Under the pieces are notes generated by a model. It was not told where the DNA came from. It ran no database searches and saw nothing but the letters and a program-made list of their open reading frames with translations. A DNA stretch of 64,000 nt from Octopus sinensis. Taxonomy: Eukaryota. The DNA lies in assembly GCF_006345805.1 (NCBI RefSeq), contig NC_043019.1:14569360-14633359 (forward strand), given 5' to 3'. Shown here one piece after another: positions 63,073-64,000 of this stretch. A program made the translations under genes and the position numbers. Every line of letters begins with the position of its first letter. Within the stretch, counting starts at the first letter, position 1.

Positions 63073-64000
63073 TCATCATCATCGTTTAACGTCCGTTTTC
63101 CGCGCTAGCACGGGTTGGACGGTTCGACCTGGGTCTGAGAAGCCAGGGGCTGCACCAGGCTCCAGTCTGATCTGGCAGAGTTTCTACAGCTGGATGCCCT
63201 TCCAAACGCCAACCACTCCACGAGTGTAGTGAATGCTTTTTACGTGCCACCGGCACGTGCCGGGGAGCTCCGGCATCGGCCACGATCGGTTGGTGCTTTT
63301 AACGTGCCACCGGCACGGAAACCAGCCTAGGTGGCGCTGGCATCGGCCACGTTTGGATGGTGCTTTTTATGTGCCACCGGCACTGGAGCCAGTCGAGGCA
63401 GCGCTGGCATCGGCCACTTTCGGATGGTGCTTTTTATGTGCCACCGGCACAGAAGCCAGTCGAGGCGGCGCTGGCAACGGCCACGTTCGGATGGTGCTTT
63501 TTATGTGCTACCAGCACAGGTATCACAACTACTATTTCCATTGATATTTATTTTGATTTTCATGTACTTGACTCAACAGGTCTCCTCAAGCACAGCGGGA
63601 TGTTCTGGAATCCAAGGTACTTTGAATGGGCAGGGGCTATGCGGAACTGGTGCCGGAAGCAGCCCGGGTCTTTGCAGTTACAGCATATCTCCAGAGATCT
63701 TGGTCCTTCGCCATTGCCTCAGTGAGGCCCAACGCTCGGAGGTCATGCTTGACTACCTCATCCCATGTCTTCCTGGGTCTACCTCTTCCCCTGATACCTT
63801 CAACTGTTTGGGAGTGGCACTTCTTCACACATCTCTCTTCATCCATCCGCAGAACATGACCATACCATCGCAAGCGTCGCTCTTGCACACCACATCTGAT
63901 GCTTCTTATGTCCAGCATTTCTCTCAGGGTGCTTACACTGTCGTGTGTGCACAATGACATTACACATCCAGCGGATCATGCTAGCTTCATTTCTTTCAAG
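63073..64000 (-). mobile_element. RTE LINE 3' end, running off the window
   Basis: (CAT)n tail, tandem units, and ERRLRWYGHV..GRPRKTW. Confidence 0.9.

Overview
AT-rich, microsatellite- and transposon-dense animal genomic DNA. The SINE, RTE and MITE families look like those of an Octopus-type cephalopod (pattern recognition, not a database result). Two host genes can be reconstructed on the minus strand. (1) A three-exon leucine-rich-repeat gene (about 12.4-19.7 kb, 408 aa) with an RFX X-box-like, forkhead and ETS motif cluster at its putative promoter and an intronic 27-bp VNTR rich in AP-1 sites and G-tracts. (2) A type II membrane GT-B fucosyltransferase-like gene (NodZ/FUT8/GT37-like motifs), with a short first coding exon at 32.4 kb and a large catalytic exon at 23.6-24.7 kb. 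The catalytic exon lies in a ~5 kb block (22540-27585) that is repeated near-identically at 46438-51478. As assembled, each copy is broken at a different place, and both sets of lesions can be explained by 1-bp homopolymer deletions. The rest is a mosaic of RTE LINEs and their 3' tails, CR1-like fragments, a HERO-type retroelement, a Naiad-like Penelope element, a mariner, other Tc1/mariner relics, hAT-, piggyBac-, Merlin- and pogo-like MITEs, Helitron/HINE-like elements, tRNA-derived SINEs and a candidate minimal hammerhead ribozyme. I found no CRISPR array, rRNA or bona fide tRNA, and no clearly new biological system; the best leads are listed under findings.
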